This document shows, piece after piece, positions 9,197 to 18,516 of a stretch of DNA of 64,000 bases. The notes beneath the pieces were generated by a model. It was not told the DNA's origin, made no database searches, and saw nothing but the letters and a program-made list of their open reading frames with translations. The first letter of the stretch is position 1; each line of letters begins with the position of its first letter. Location of the stretch: positions 64,001-128,000 of the forward strand of contig CAXXTB010000001.1 in NCBI GenBank assembly GCA_963676795.2. The letters run 5' to 3'. This DNA comes from Geopsychrobacteraceae bacterium. Its GTDB lineage: Bacteria; Desulfobacterota; Desulfuromonadia; Desulfuromonadales; Geopsychrobacteraceae. The translations under genes were made by a program, and so were the position numbers.

Positions 9197-11332
9197 TCAT
9201 AAATTCATGAACGGCAGACGCAGATCCTCCGCATCCTTCTGAACAGACCGGTAGTTGCCATAGCGCGGCAATGCGACAAACTGGGCAAGTGCTGAGAGCC
9301 GGGTGAAAAAGGCCTCACATTCTGGGGCGGGGATCGGCCGGCTCAGATAATATCCCTGCCCAAAACGACAGCCGTGGCTGGTCAGGAACCATTTCTGAAA
9401 TTCTGTCTCGATCCCTTCGGCAACAACATCAAGATGCAGCGTCTTGGCCAGACCGATAATCGCCTCGGCCAGCACCCCGTTCTTCCCGCCCGGCTGGATC
9501 TTGGCCAGGAACGAGCGGTCGATCTTCAGGCTGCTGATCGGGAAACGTTCCAGATAACTCAGGGATGAATAGCCCGTGCCGAAATCGTCGATCGACAGGC
9601 TGACACCGAGAGCGACCAGCTCATCCATGGTCTGAATGGCCCTGTCCATATCGTGCATGATCGCGGACTCGGTAATCTCCAGTTCCAGGAAAGCGGGATC
9701 GAGCTTCGCCTCCTCAAGGGCCGCAGCGACAATGGCGCAGAGATCCCCTTGCGAAAATTGCCGGGACGAGATATTGACCGCCACCTTGCACAGCGGGAAG
9801 CCCTGTTCGTGCCATGTCCGGGCCTGGGCGCAGGCCTTTTTCAGGACCCAGCTGCCGATCGACAGGATCAGGCTGCTCTCTTCGGCGACCGGCACAAAGC
9901 GGGCGGGAGAGACCAGCCCCTGGGTCGGATGCTGCCAGCGGATCAGGGCTTCCATTCCATAGATGGCACCGCTGTGCAGATCGAGTTGAGGCTGATAGTA
10001 GAGGATAAACTCGTCATTCTGCAGAGCCTTGCGCATATTGTTTTCGAGAAAGAGCGCCTCCTCAACCTCTTCGTTCATGCCGTTGGTAAAGAACCTGTAG
10101 GTGTTGCGGCCGGCCGCTTTGGCGCGGTACATGGCGACATCGGCGCACTTCATCAGCCCTTCCACCGTCGGCGCATCGTCCGGGAACAGGGTAATGCCGA
10201 TACTGGTCGAGATAAACAGCTCGTGCCCCTCAATCAGCAGCGGCTTGGCCAGTTCCTGCTGGACCTTTTCGGCGACCAGAGACAGCGCTCTGGGTTCCTG
10301 GATATCCTCGACGATCATGACGAACTCGTCGCCGCCCAGGCGGGCCAGGGTATCCTGGCTCCTGATTTTCTGCTGCAGCCGCCGGGTCACCTGCTTGAGG
10401 ACCAGATCACCGACATCATGCCCCAGGGTATCGTTGATGTTCTTGAAGCGGTCGAGATCGAGGAACAGCAGCCCGATCTTCTTGTCGGCCCGGCTACTGC
10501 GCGACAGCGCGGTTGAAAGACGATCGCGAAAGAGCAGCCGATTCGGCAGGCCGGTCAGAAAGTCGTGATAGGCGAGGTGATCGAGGTATTGACGCTGGGA
10601 AGACAGCTTTTCATCGCGCTGTTCGATCTGACTGAGCATGTGGTTGAAATTGTCGATCAAACTGCCCATCTCATCGGTCCTGTCGTTGGCGATCCGCCTG
10701 GAATAGTCCTGGTCACCCGAAACGGAGGTCATCGCTTCAGTCAGCTGAATGACGGGACTGGAGATAACCTTCTGCAGGCGCAAGGCGAGGATCAGGCCGA
10801 ACAGAGTAGAGCCGACCAGTCCAAACAGGCCGATCAGGGTATAGCGCAACAGGGTTCTGCGGATCGACTGCAAATCGACCTGCATGTAGAGCTGGCCGAG
10901 ATCTTCATCCTTGTATTGCAGCGGCTGCAGCAGCTCAAGGGACTCGCCAAAATGATAGCCGGTCTTGAGCAAAACCTCATTCGCCGATCTGGGATAGCTT
11001 CTTCCCCCACCGCTCTTGCTGTAATAATCGAGGGAAGCCTTCTCTTCCAGATCGATTTCAACATACAGGATCTGCTGCTTGGTAAAGGCGGTCTTGAGAA
11101 TATCCTCGACCATCAAAGTGTCCTCAAAGATCAGAGCCGCCGCAAGGCTTCCCGTCATGTTTTCGGAAATGATCCGGACCTCATCGAGCAGGGAGTTGCG
11201 CAGAATCTTGTTCTGGGTATAGATCAACATCGCCAGCAGGCAGGCCAGCGACATGATACTGACCAGGCCGATGATAGCGATGAGCTTGGCCTTCAAGGAC
11301 AGGCGTTTGCAGATCAGCCCCATGACTTTCAT
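9197..11332 (-). CDS. Membrane sensor diguanylate cyclase/phosphodiesterase (TM, periplasmic CHASE8-like domain, TM, HAMP, GGDEF, EAL); YfiN-like
   Basis: HAMP (RTDEMGSLIDNFNHML), DFLTGLPNR, RSQD I-site, GGDEF, EAL, DDFGTGYSS and KIDRSF motifs; ATGA overlap with the upstream yfiR-like gene. Confidence 0.92.
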   Translation of the reverse strand: MKVMGLICKRLSLKAKLIAIIGLVSIMSLACLLAMLIYTQNKILRNSLLDEVRIISENMTGSLAAALIFEDTLMVEDILKTAFTKQQILYVEIDLEEKASLDYYSKSGGGRSYPRSANEVLLKTGYHFGESLELLQPLQYKDEDLGQLYMQVDLQSIRRTLLRYTLIGLFGLVGSTLFGLILALRLQKVISSPVIQLTEAMTSVSGDQDYSRRIANDRTDEMGSLIDNFNHMLSQIEQRDEKLSSQRQYLDHLAYHDFLTGLPNRLLFRDRLSTALSRSSRADKKIGLLFLDLDRFKNINDTLGHDVGDLVLKQVTRRLQQKIRSQDTLARLGGDEFVMIVEDIQEPRALSLVAEKVQQELAKPLLIEGHELFISTSIGITLFPDDAPTVEGLMKCADVAMYRAKAAGRNTYRFFTNGMNEEVEEALFLENNMRKALQNDEFILYYQPQLDLHSGAIYGMEALIRWQHPTQGLVSPARFVPVAEESSLILSIGSWVLKKACAQARTWHEQGFPLCKVAVNISSRQFSQGDLCAIVAAALEEAKLDPAFLELEITESAIMHDMDRAIQTMDELVALGVSLSIDDFGTGYSSLSYLERFPISSLKIDRSFLAKIQPGGKNGVLAEAIIGLAKTLHLDVVAEGIETEFQKWFLTSHGCRFGQGYYLSRPIPAPECEAFFTRLSALAQFVALPRYGNYRSVQKDAEDLRLPFMNL

Positions 11333-12018
11333 GGTCCGCCTCCGATCAGTTTGCCATCCTTGATAACGGCATCGGAAAGCTTGGCAACCTTGGAGCTGAT
11401 GCTCAGCTGACAGCGGGTCGCCGCATCGATATTCAAGGAGAAACGGGTTTTGCCATCCACTTCAGTCAGCGAGATAACGCCCCCCTGGCGAAAGAAACCG
11501 GCAGAGTCGCTGGCCGTCAGCACCGGGTGGTTACCGATCAGGGCGATCAGCTCCGAAGCGAGATCCGACTTATCCTCTGCCAGATAGATGAACTGGTAAT
11601 CACCGATCCTGCCCCGTAACTTTTCAAGATCGCTATAACTGTCAACCTCGATCCGCCGCCCGGCATAGTCGTTGTTGACCCATTTGAACAGTTCCTTCTG
11701 CAACAGGTTTTCACCCACGACAGCAACCCGGAACGGACTTTCAGCATCGGCGAAAACATATGTCGGCCATTCTACAAACCTGGTCAGGTTGAACAGGATT
11801 GCCGATTTGACGACAGCTTCCCGGTGCACCTGCAGAGCCAGCCCCGGCGCAGAGCAGACGAACAGCATCAGCAGAACCAGAACCGGCACCCAGTACCGGG
11901 TCTTCACTGCGGCTTTTTTCACCTGCGCACGCGGCAACAGGTTATCGTCAAATCCCGTTCGAGCCATCAGGGTGCCCTCATTCACCAGAGACCGGAAGAT
12001 GCCGGTCTCGTCCACCAT
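11329..12018 (-). CDS. yfiR: YfiR-family (DUF4154) periplasmic protein
   Basis: VKSAILFNLTRFVEWP, PVLTASD, GGVISL, RFSLNIDAA and ISSKVAKLS motifs; signal peptide ending GLA. The true start may lie downstream (for example 11967). Confidence 0.88.
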   Translation of the reverse strand: MVDETGIFRSLVNEGTLMARTGFDDNLLPRAQVKKAAVKTRYWVPVLVLLMLFVCSAPGLALQVHREAVVKSAILFNLTRFVEWPTYVFADAESPFRVAVVGENLLQKELFKWVNNDYAGRRIEVDSYSDLEKLRGRIGDYQFIYLAEDKSDLASELIALIGNHPVLTASDSAGFFRQGGVISLTEVDGKTRFSLNIDAATRCQLSISSKVAKLSDAVIKDGKLIGGGP

Positions 12019-12020
12019 CT

Positions 12021-14030
12021 TCAGTCGAAATGCCCGGTCAGCTGAACATAGATACCGCGTTCGGCTGCCGTGGAGATTGCCGTGGTCGAGGTAAATTCAT
12101 GACGTTCGTCATCAAGCAGGTTCTGACCCACAACATCCAGTTTCAGCGTATCGTTAAGAGCCCAGGAACAACGCAGGTCAAGGTTGTGATAGCCGGGGAT
12201 GTCGAGTTCGGGCAGGCTGTCGACGTAGCGCCACCAGGCATTCAGCTCAACACGGTCACTGAGCATCCAGGTAGACAGCAGCGAGGCCTGATGCCGAGGG
12301 CTCTTCCCCTCCTCGTTTTCGGCCGTAGTGTCGGAGCTTGACGAATCGGTATGCAGATCCATCTGCAGCAAGCTGTAGGAGGCCTTCAGCTGCCAATGCT
12401 CAAGAGGCTGGTAATCAACGGCAAGCTCGGCGCCGTAGGTTTCACCGTAGGCCTTGCTGGCCTTGACCCTGGTATAAACAAGATACGCACCGGAAAAACT
12501 TGGCAGCGCCTGCCACTCGTTGGTGATCAAACTGTCATAGTCGTTGTAGAACAGAGTCAGGTCGATATTGATCCGGTCATGCGGGCTGTAACGCAGTCCC
12601 GCCTCGTAGGCGGTCAACTCCTCCGATTCCACCTCGTCATCGCCACGAACCGAGACATACGTCGTTCCTGGCACGACCCAATAGTTGAGCTCAGAATCGT
12701 GATCAAGGCGTGAAGGCGTCCGCACCGCCCTGGACACCGCAAGCCAGGCGCTGGATGAGAGGGTCGGTGTCAGAACCAGTCGGGCACTCGGCTGGAACTC
12801 GACCCCGGTGTAGTCGTTATGTTCCAGCTTGGAGCCGATGATAAAGGTCAGACGATCTTCGACAAGCGTAACGTTGTCCTGAAGAAAAGCACTGAACAGC
12901 TGATCGGAACGACTTTCCGGCTCCCCGGTCACGGTAAAGCTGCTGTCGAAATCATCTCGGGTATAGCGGTAGCCCAGTCCCCAGACCAGATTGTGGGATT
13001 CGGCCATGACAAACTGGTTCTGGAAATCGATATCGAAGGTATCGCGCCTTTCGTTAAGAGCGATCTCCTTGCGATCCGTTCCGTCGTAATAGAGCTGCAG
13101 TTTTGAGTTTGCCGTCTCCGAGTGACTTTTCTGCCAGCGCAGCAGGATATTCTGGCCGGACAGCTCCGTATCACCGGCGACGTTGCTCAGGTAGGGCACA
13201 GCGAGCGAACTGATCGGCCGCACCGATCCGGACTCCCCCTGGTAGAGGTCCCCCTGCAGGGTGAGCAGGCCCTCCTGCTCATCCCCCTTCTCCAGTTTGA
13301 AACCGCCACGGATGCTGCGCCAGTCGTCGGCGGCCTGCTCGCCGGCCAGATCCGCTCCGCTGTCACGCTCAAACCCCTTGAGGTAAAAGCGGTAAAAGCC
13401 ATCCTCACCAAAGGAACCGCCGTAGCGGAGCCTGGCAAAGCCACGCTCTTCGCTCCCACCACCGGCGGCAGCCAGAAGCCCCTGGGTTTTCCGCGCCGGT
13501 TTGGTGATGACATTGATGATGCCATTGACGGCGTTCGCCCCCCACAGGGTTCCGCCCGGACCTCGGATCACCTCGATCCGCTCGACATCCTCGAGCATGA
13601 CATCCTGGACATCCCAGAACACCCCGGCAAACATCGGGGTATAGACCGTCCGCCCGTCGATCATAACCAGCATCTTGTTGGCAAAGGCTTCGTTAAAACC
13701 GCGGCAGGTGATCGCCCACTTGTTGCTGTCGATCCGCGCAACCTGCATCCCCGGAACCAGACGCAGTGCCTCCGGAATGCTGGTCACCCCCGCCCGGGCG
13801 ATATCCTGATCGGTAATAACGTAGATAGCTGCGGCCGCCTTACTGAGCTTCTGCGGCATCCTTGACGCACTGGTCACCTCGATATTGATGAGATCTTCCA
13901 GGCTGAGAGACATCAGCTCTTCACCTGTTGAGGCCCGGCAGGTGAAAGGTGCTGACAACAGCAGAAGAAAAACCGTTCCCCGGAAGAGATTCCGAACCCT
14001 GTTCCCTGAAATTGCTCTGGACACAGCCAT
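12021..14030 (-). CDS. TonB-dependent outer-membrane receptor
   Basis: Plug-domain motifs LSLEDLINIEVTSASR, LVMIDGR, ERIEVIRGPGGTLWGANAVNGIINVITK; barrel ending QNLLD...GIYVQLTGHFD. Confidence 0.93.
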   Translation of the reverse strand: MAVSRAISGNRVRNLFRGTVFLLLLSAPFTCRASTGEELMSLSLEDLINIEVTSASRMPQKLSKAAAAIYVITDQDIARAGVTSIPEALRLVPGMQVARIDSNKWAITCRGFNEAFANKMLVMIDGRTVYTPMFAGVFWDVQDVMLEDVERIEVIRGPGGTLWGANAVNGIINVITKPARKTQGLLAAAGGGSEERGFARLRYGGSFGEDGFYRFYLKGFERDSGADLAGEQAADDWRSIRGGFKLEKGDEQEGLLTLQGDLYQGESGSVRPISSLAVPYLSNVAGDTELSGQNILLRWQKSHSETANSKLQLYYDGTDRKEIALNERRDTFDIDFQNQFVMAESHNLVWGLGYRYTRDDFDSSFTVTGEPESRSDQLFSAFLQDNVTLVEDRLTFIIGSKLEHNDYTGVEFQPSARLVLTPTLSSSAWLAVSRAVRTPSRLDHDSELNYWVVPGTTYVSVRGDDEVESEELTAYEAGLRYSPHDRINIDLTLFYNDYDSLITNEWQALPSFSGAYLVYTRVKASKAYGETYGAELAVDYQPLEHWQLKASYSLLQMDLHTDSSSSDTTAENEEGKSPRHQASLLSTWMLSDRVELNAWWRYVDSLPELDIPGYHNLDLRCSWALNDTLKLDVVGQNLLDDERHEFTSTTAISTAAERGIYVQLTGHFD

Positions 14031-14116
14031 GTGTACCCCCACCTCAAATAAAACCTGACAGAAGGGTGAAGGAGGCAGCTACCGCCGCATTTCGGCGGTA
14101 TTTCAGGTGCCGTACC

Positions 14117-14198
14117 TCCTTCGGTAGCCCGGCCATCCGCACAGCGGACCCGTTGCTTTGCGTCATCAGGTTGCCCTGATTTTGCTCTATCGAGAGGT
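14117..14198 (-). ncRNA. GEMM-I (c-di-GMP-I family) riboswitch, A20 variant
   Basis: Minus strand: UCGAUAG-A-GC-AAA-AUCAGG-GCAA-CCUGAU-GAC-GC-AAAG-CAACGGGUC..GAUGGCCGGG-CUACCGAA. It shows P2 with a GNRA loop, the GACGCAAAG core and the 3' UACCG, and lies about 90 nt upstream of the TonB receptor ATG. Confidence 0.88.
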
Positions 14199-14296
14199 TG
14201 CATGGAGAAAACGCATAGTGGAAGAGCTACGCTCTATAAAATCTAGCGTATGATTAGAGATTTTCAACATTCATGATAAGAATACTTTTCCTGACC

Positions 14297-14330
14297 AAAG
14301 AAAAGGCCGGAAGATCTCTCTTCCGGCCCT
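14297..14330 (-). terminator. Intrinsic terminator
   Basis: GGCCGGAAGA/TCTTCCGGCC stem followed by a U-tract on the minus strand, downstream of the 14415-14897 gene. Confidence 0.75.
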
Positions 14331-14414
14331 GGTTGCGAACCGAACAGGTCGGTTCAAGGATGTCAGTTTTCTGCTTCACTTTTTGGTTTCAATGAATAGC
14401 TCCCGTATCTGCGG

Positions 14415-14897
14415 TTACATATCCTGATGGCCGAAGGCGGGTGCCAGACCGAAGAATTCCTGGCTGCTGTCACTTACGGCAAGGCTCCTCAAGGTCTCCT
14501 CAGTAGGGTAGCCGGTTTTGGCAAGCCCCTGCTCTGCCTGATATGAGTAAATCGCCGATTCGGTCTGAATATCAAGAGAACCGTCAACACCACCGGCTTT
14601 ATAGCCCTGATCGATCAGCAGCTTCTGTACCGTCATGAGCTGCCCTGCATCCAGGTTGACTTCAGCTGGCATAGGCGCTTTAACTGCGCTGCCGACAAAC
14701 TGGATATCATCCGCTCCGATAAACTCCTTGAAGCTGCTGCTCAATCCAGGGTGCGCATCGACCCGTTCATCAAGTGATATGCTTGCCGAACTGCTGTTCA
14801 GGTAGGAGGTACCGTTTGGCCAGTCTTCAGCTATAACCGGACTGATAAATAGTGCGCCAACAAACATTGCTGCAAGAATCATAATTCTCGTTTTCAT
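14415..14897 (-). CDS. Secreted protein with a peptidoglycan-binding (PG_binding_1-like) domain
   Basis: Signal peptide (VIA-E); VQKLLIDQGYKAGGVDG..TESAIYSYQAEQGLAKTG; GAGGAG RBS. Confidence 0.82.
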   Translation of the reverse strand: MKTRIMILAAMFVGALFISPVIAEDWPNGTSYLNSSSASISLDERVDAHPGLSSSFKEFIGADDIQFVGSAVKAPMPAEVNLDAGQLMTVQKLLIDQGYKAGGVDGSLDIQTESAIYSYQAEQGLAKTGYPTEETLRSLAVSDSSQEFFGLAPAFGHQDM

Positions 14898-15238
14898 TTG
14901 TGTTCTCCTCATAATTGTTTGCTCAGCACCGGTTCAAACCATCGGTGCTGAACCTATCCTTGAACGTACAACCTGTTTCTTAACCGTGGCGGCCTTCAAT
15001 TAATTACCGTTTCGGTTATCTATACACTAGCGCCCAGGGCATGATGACGTCAACCCGAAGAAACGCAAAAACTACCGATTTATCGATACTTTTTTTCTAG
15101 ACTCTTTATAGCTTTTATCAATAAACTGACGAATCAAGATGTCAGCCTGTTGATTTCAAAGCTAAAGATCAGTCAAAATCAATATATCCACTGGTCCTGT
15201 TTCGATGGTTATTCACGTTCCGGATTGAAAAAAACGCT

Positions 15239-16078
15239 ATGACTAGACTCACCATCAAAAAATTTGCCGGACTGTTTACTGTTGTTACTCTATGCCTGCT
15301 CCAGTTGGCCTGCAGCACTACGAACCGGACGGCAATCAACAGCCCGCAGCACGCCGACAGCGAATGGCATAACTTTCCTGCAGAACTGGGAGAAGTGATC
15401 TATTCTAGAAGAGGCGAACCTGGCCGGCATATCTTCATCATCGGTCAGAATCACCGCAGCAGCGTCAGTGGGCTTTCCAACTCAGGAACGCTCAGCTGTC
15501 AGAGCGAGATCTATCGAATCGGCGAGTGGCTCATCGCAAACCATCAGCTTGGCCTGCTGCTCCCTGAAGGTTTCTTTGCCGACAATGAGGGGTTGACAAG
15601 AACGGAAAAAGGATCGTGGGATACGCCGGCGAACAGGCTGGATGAACAGGAGTTGCAAGCACTGCTCAGCGAGACATCCCGCTTCGTCAACGCCGACCAG
15701 CTGCTCTCCAGTCATTACGGTCTCTGCCTCGGACAGGTTGAGAATGTGGATCTCTACCAGAAGATTCGGACGCTTCTGTTTCAGTACCGGGACCGGGCCG
15801 ACAGGCGCACCCTCAGGGACATTCACAGTCTGCAGCATGCCCGCACCTACCTGCTGCTGGACAATATCCCTGAAGTTGTCGAAGAAGCCTACCTGGCCGG
15901 ACTGACCCCCAACCATAGCGCCATGTTTACCATCGGGCTGGCTCACATTGAAGACATCATGGGATTGCTGCAAGACAAGAATGGTCCCAAACCGGAACTT
16001 TTCGATCAGGGTTACGGGATCACGATCATCATTCCGAAATCACAAATCAGCAACCGGTTGATCAGCCAACGACTCTAG
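15239..16078 (+). CDS. Hypothetical lipoprotein (possible EreA/ChaN/TraB-like fold)
   Basis: Lipobox QLAC; IGQNH...PEG...AR...IGLAH pattern. Confidence 0.65.
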   Translation: MTRLTIKKFAGLFTVVTLCLLQLACSTTNRTAINSPQHADSEWHNFPAELGEVIYSRRGEPGRHIFIIGQNHRSSVSGLSNSGTLSCQSEIYRIGEWLIANHQLGLLLPEGFFADNEGLTRTEKGSWDTPANRLDEQELQALLSETSRFVNADQLLSSHYGLCLGQVENVDLYQKIRTLLFQYRDRADRRTLRDIHSLQHARTYLLLDNIPEVVEEAYLAGLTPNHSAMFTIGLAHIEDIMGLLQDKNGPKPELFDQGYGITIIIPKSQISNRLISQRL

Positions 16079-16099
16079 GTAGCTTGAACTGAAAAGAGA

Positions 16100-17314
16100 T
16101 CAGCGTCCTGCCGCTTCCAGTGAAATCCCGTAGACCGAAGCCAGATAATTCAGATACTCCGGATCCTCGCACATACTCTTACCCGGCTCGTCAGAAATTT
16201 TGGCGACCGGCTTACCATTGGCGGAAACCATCTTGATGACAATATTGAGCGGGGTGAAGCCAACGTCATTGGTCAGCTTGGTGCCGATGCCGAAAGAGAC
16301 CAGAGCGCGGCCATGAAAATAGCGGTAGAGCTCGACCATCGTCTGAAAGGTCAGGCCGTCACTGAAGACCAGGGTTTTACTCAAGGGGTCGATCCCCATC
16401 TCCTGATACATGGCGATCGCCTTGTCTCCCCAGACAAAGGGGGAGCCGCTGTCATGGCGCAGACCATCATAGAGCTTGCCGAAATAGGGATCGGAAAAAT
16501 CGCGGATAAAGGCGTCCATCGCATAGCAGTCGGTCAGGGCGATTCCCAACCGGCCGCGATACTCGCGGACCCAGCCTTCAAGTGCCGCCTTCTGGGCATC
16601 AGCCAGGCGGGTGACGGCCTGCCAGGCCTGAAACCACTCGTGGGCCATGGTACCGATCGGCATCAGATCGAGCCGGCGGGCCATATCGACGTTACTGGTC
16701 CCGGAAAACAGCTGCGGGATTTCCCGCTTGAGCGTCGTCAGTACCTCTTCCTGCCAGGCCCTGCTGGCGCGCCGCCGGGTCCCGAAATCAGCCAGATGAA
16801 AACCGGGTAGCGGCCCCTCGTTCCCGATCATCTCAAGCTTGTCCTGAAAAATGGAACGGGCCTGCTCAAGATCGACCCCGCCATGGACCAACTCGCTATA
16901 AAGCTCACTGATAATCGCCAGGCCGTAGATCTCGAACAGGGTGACATGAATCAACGGACCCCTGACCCGCAGGGAGATATCATCGGCGTCGGCGTAGAGC
17001 TCGACAAAACGCATATCGAGATGAAAGATGCGCAGGAACTCGATGAAATCCTGGGTAAAGAAGGGGAAATGCTGCAGGTATTCCAGCTCCGGTTCAGTAA
17101 AGCTTAAGTTACAGAGCAGCTCGAACTGGTAGCGGATATCCTCGACCAGATCGGCCAGGCGCATGCCGTTGTTGTTGCGGCAGGCGAACTTCCATTCGAC
17201 CATCACGCTGCGGAACTCCGGCGCATGATAGAAGGCCTGGAGCATGGTCAGTTTATAAAAGTCGGTATCGAGCAAGCTGTCGATCAACCGGCGCTGAATC
17301 CGCGGGGCCGCCAT
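16100..17314 (-). CDS. pncB: Nicotinate phosphoribosyltransferase
   Basis: SLLDTDFYKLTM, DFGTRRR, GTSNV, GTMAHEW, RHDSG and AKISDEPGK motifs. Confidence 0.96.
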   Translation of the reverse strand: MAAPRIQRRLIDSLLDTDFYKLTMLQAFYHAPEFRSVMVEWKFACRNNNGMRLADLVEDIRYQFELLCNLSFTEPELEYLQHFPFFTQDFIEFLRIFHLDMRFVELYADADDISLRVRGPLIHVTLFEIYGLAIISELYSELVHGGVDLEQARSIFQDKLEMIGNEGPLPGFHLADFGTRRRASRAWQEEVLTTLKREIPQLFSGTSNVDMARRLDLMPIGTMAHEWFQAWQAVTRLADAQKAALEGWVREYRGRLGIALTDCYAMDAFIRDFSDPYFGKLYDGLRHDSGSPFVWGDKAIAMYQEMGIDPLSKTLVFSDGLTFQTMVELYRYFHGRALVSFGIGTKLTNDVGFTPLNIVIKMVSANGKPVAKISDEPGKSMCEDPEYLNYLASVYGISLEAAGR

Positions 17315-17970
17315 CAGGCCTGGACCAGTTCACGGCTGTCGGCAATCAGCCGGGCCCCGGCCGCTTGCAGGTCGACCAATGCCTGGACGCTGGTTTCGGC
17401 CGCAACCCCGCGGCAGGCCGCCCGATTGAGAATCACCTCAAACCCGGCCTTGAGCAACTGTAGACCTGTGGTCTTGACACAGTAATCGGTGGCCAGACCG
17501 CCGATCAGAACCGTTTTGATCCCCTGCTGGCGCAGCCATTCGATCGCTCCGGTGCTGATCTTCTCCTGCAGATCGTGATAGCAGGCACCGTAAGGGTGAA
17601 GCAGCGGATCAACCCCTTTCTCGATGACCAGATCGTAGGCCTCTTCAGCCGGCAGACCGGGGATCAGCTGATTCCCCTCAGTGCCGACGACACAGTGCGG
17701 CGGCCATTTGATATCGAGGTTCGGATAGTCACCTTCAACCGGTTGCATGATCTCATCCGGACTCCGCGCCACCCAGGGCGCCGTGGCGGGATGACAATCC
17801 TTGCTGACCAACCGCAGTGCAGCAAACGTCGCCTGGGCATTGAGTTCGCTCGCAATCTGATCACCTTCGGCGACAGGCAGTTCATTGGGGCATAAGGGGG
17901 TAAAACCTCGTTGCGGATCAACGTCAAAGCTGGCGGTTGTGGCTTTATCGATTGCTATCATGGTCTCCAC
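17314..17970 (-). CDS. pncA: Nicotinamidase (isochorismatase family)
   Basis: DVDPQRGF, DCH, WPPHC, EKG and GGLATDYCV motifs; translationally coupled to pncB. Confidence 0.92.
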   Translation of the reverse strand: METMIAIDKATTASFDVDPQRGFTPLCPNELPVAEGDQIASELNAQATFAALRLVSKDCHPATAPWVARSPDEIMQPVEGDYPNLDIKWPPHCVVGTEGNQLIPGLPAEEAYDLVIEKGVDPLLHPYGACYHDLQEKISTGAIEWLRQQGIKTVLIGGLATDYCVKTTGLQLLKAGFEVILNRAACRGVAAETSVQALVDLQAAGARLIADSRELVQA

Positions 17971-17973
17971 TGG

Positions 17974-18513
17974 TCAGTTCTCCGGGGCGATTTTTTCAAA
18001 AAGTTCCGCCCCCAGAGCGTCTTTGCATTCGAGGCGTTGCCAGATGGCAAAACGGTAATCTATCAGCCCACTGTAACAGCGTGACAGTATTTTTTCAAAA
18101 GACTCCGGCGGCAGTATTGGATAATAAACCTGCCCGGAGACCTCGAACTGCAGTTCAGTGAGGTAAATTCGTTGAGCCTGGGGCAGTGTTTCGGTATAGA
18201 TCTCACCACCGCCGCAGATAAAGAGTTCGCTTTCGCCCCAGCTTTCAGCCAGCAGAATACCATTGGCAACAGAACTGACAACCTCAGCATCCGCCAAGAG
18301 GTAATCCGCCTGGCGAGAAACGACGATAGTTTTCCGCCCCGGCAAGGCGCGGCCGATCGACTCGTAGGTCTTACGCCCCATCAGCAGGGTATGGCCCATG
18401 GTGATCCGCTTGAAACGCTGCAGATCCTCCGGCAGATCCCAGGGGATCTGGCCGTTTGCGCCGATGACCCGATTGGCCGCCATGGCGACGATCTGCGATA
18501 TCAGCATCGTCAC
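17974..18513 (-). CDS. folA: Dihydrofolate reductase
   Basis: IPWDLPEDLQRFK, MGRKTYESIG, LPGR and GGGEIY motifs. Confidence 0.93.
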   Translation of the reverse strand: MTMLISQIVAMAANRVIGANGQIPWDLPEDLQRFKRITMGHTLLMGRKTYESIGRALPGRKTIVVSRQADYLLADAEVVSSVANGILLAESWGESELFICGGGEIYTETLPQAQRIYLTELQFEVSGQVYYPILPPESFEKILSRCYSGLIDYRFAIWQRLECKDALGAELFEKIAPEN

Positions 18514-18516
18514 AGG

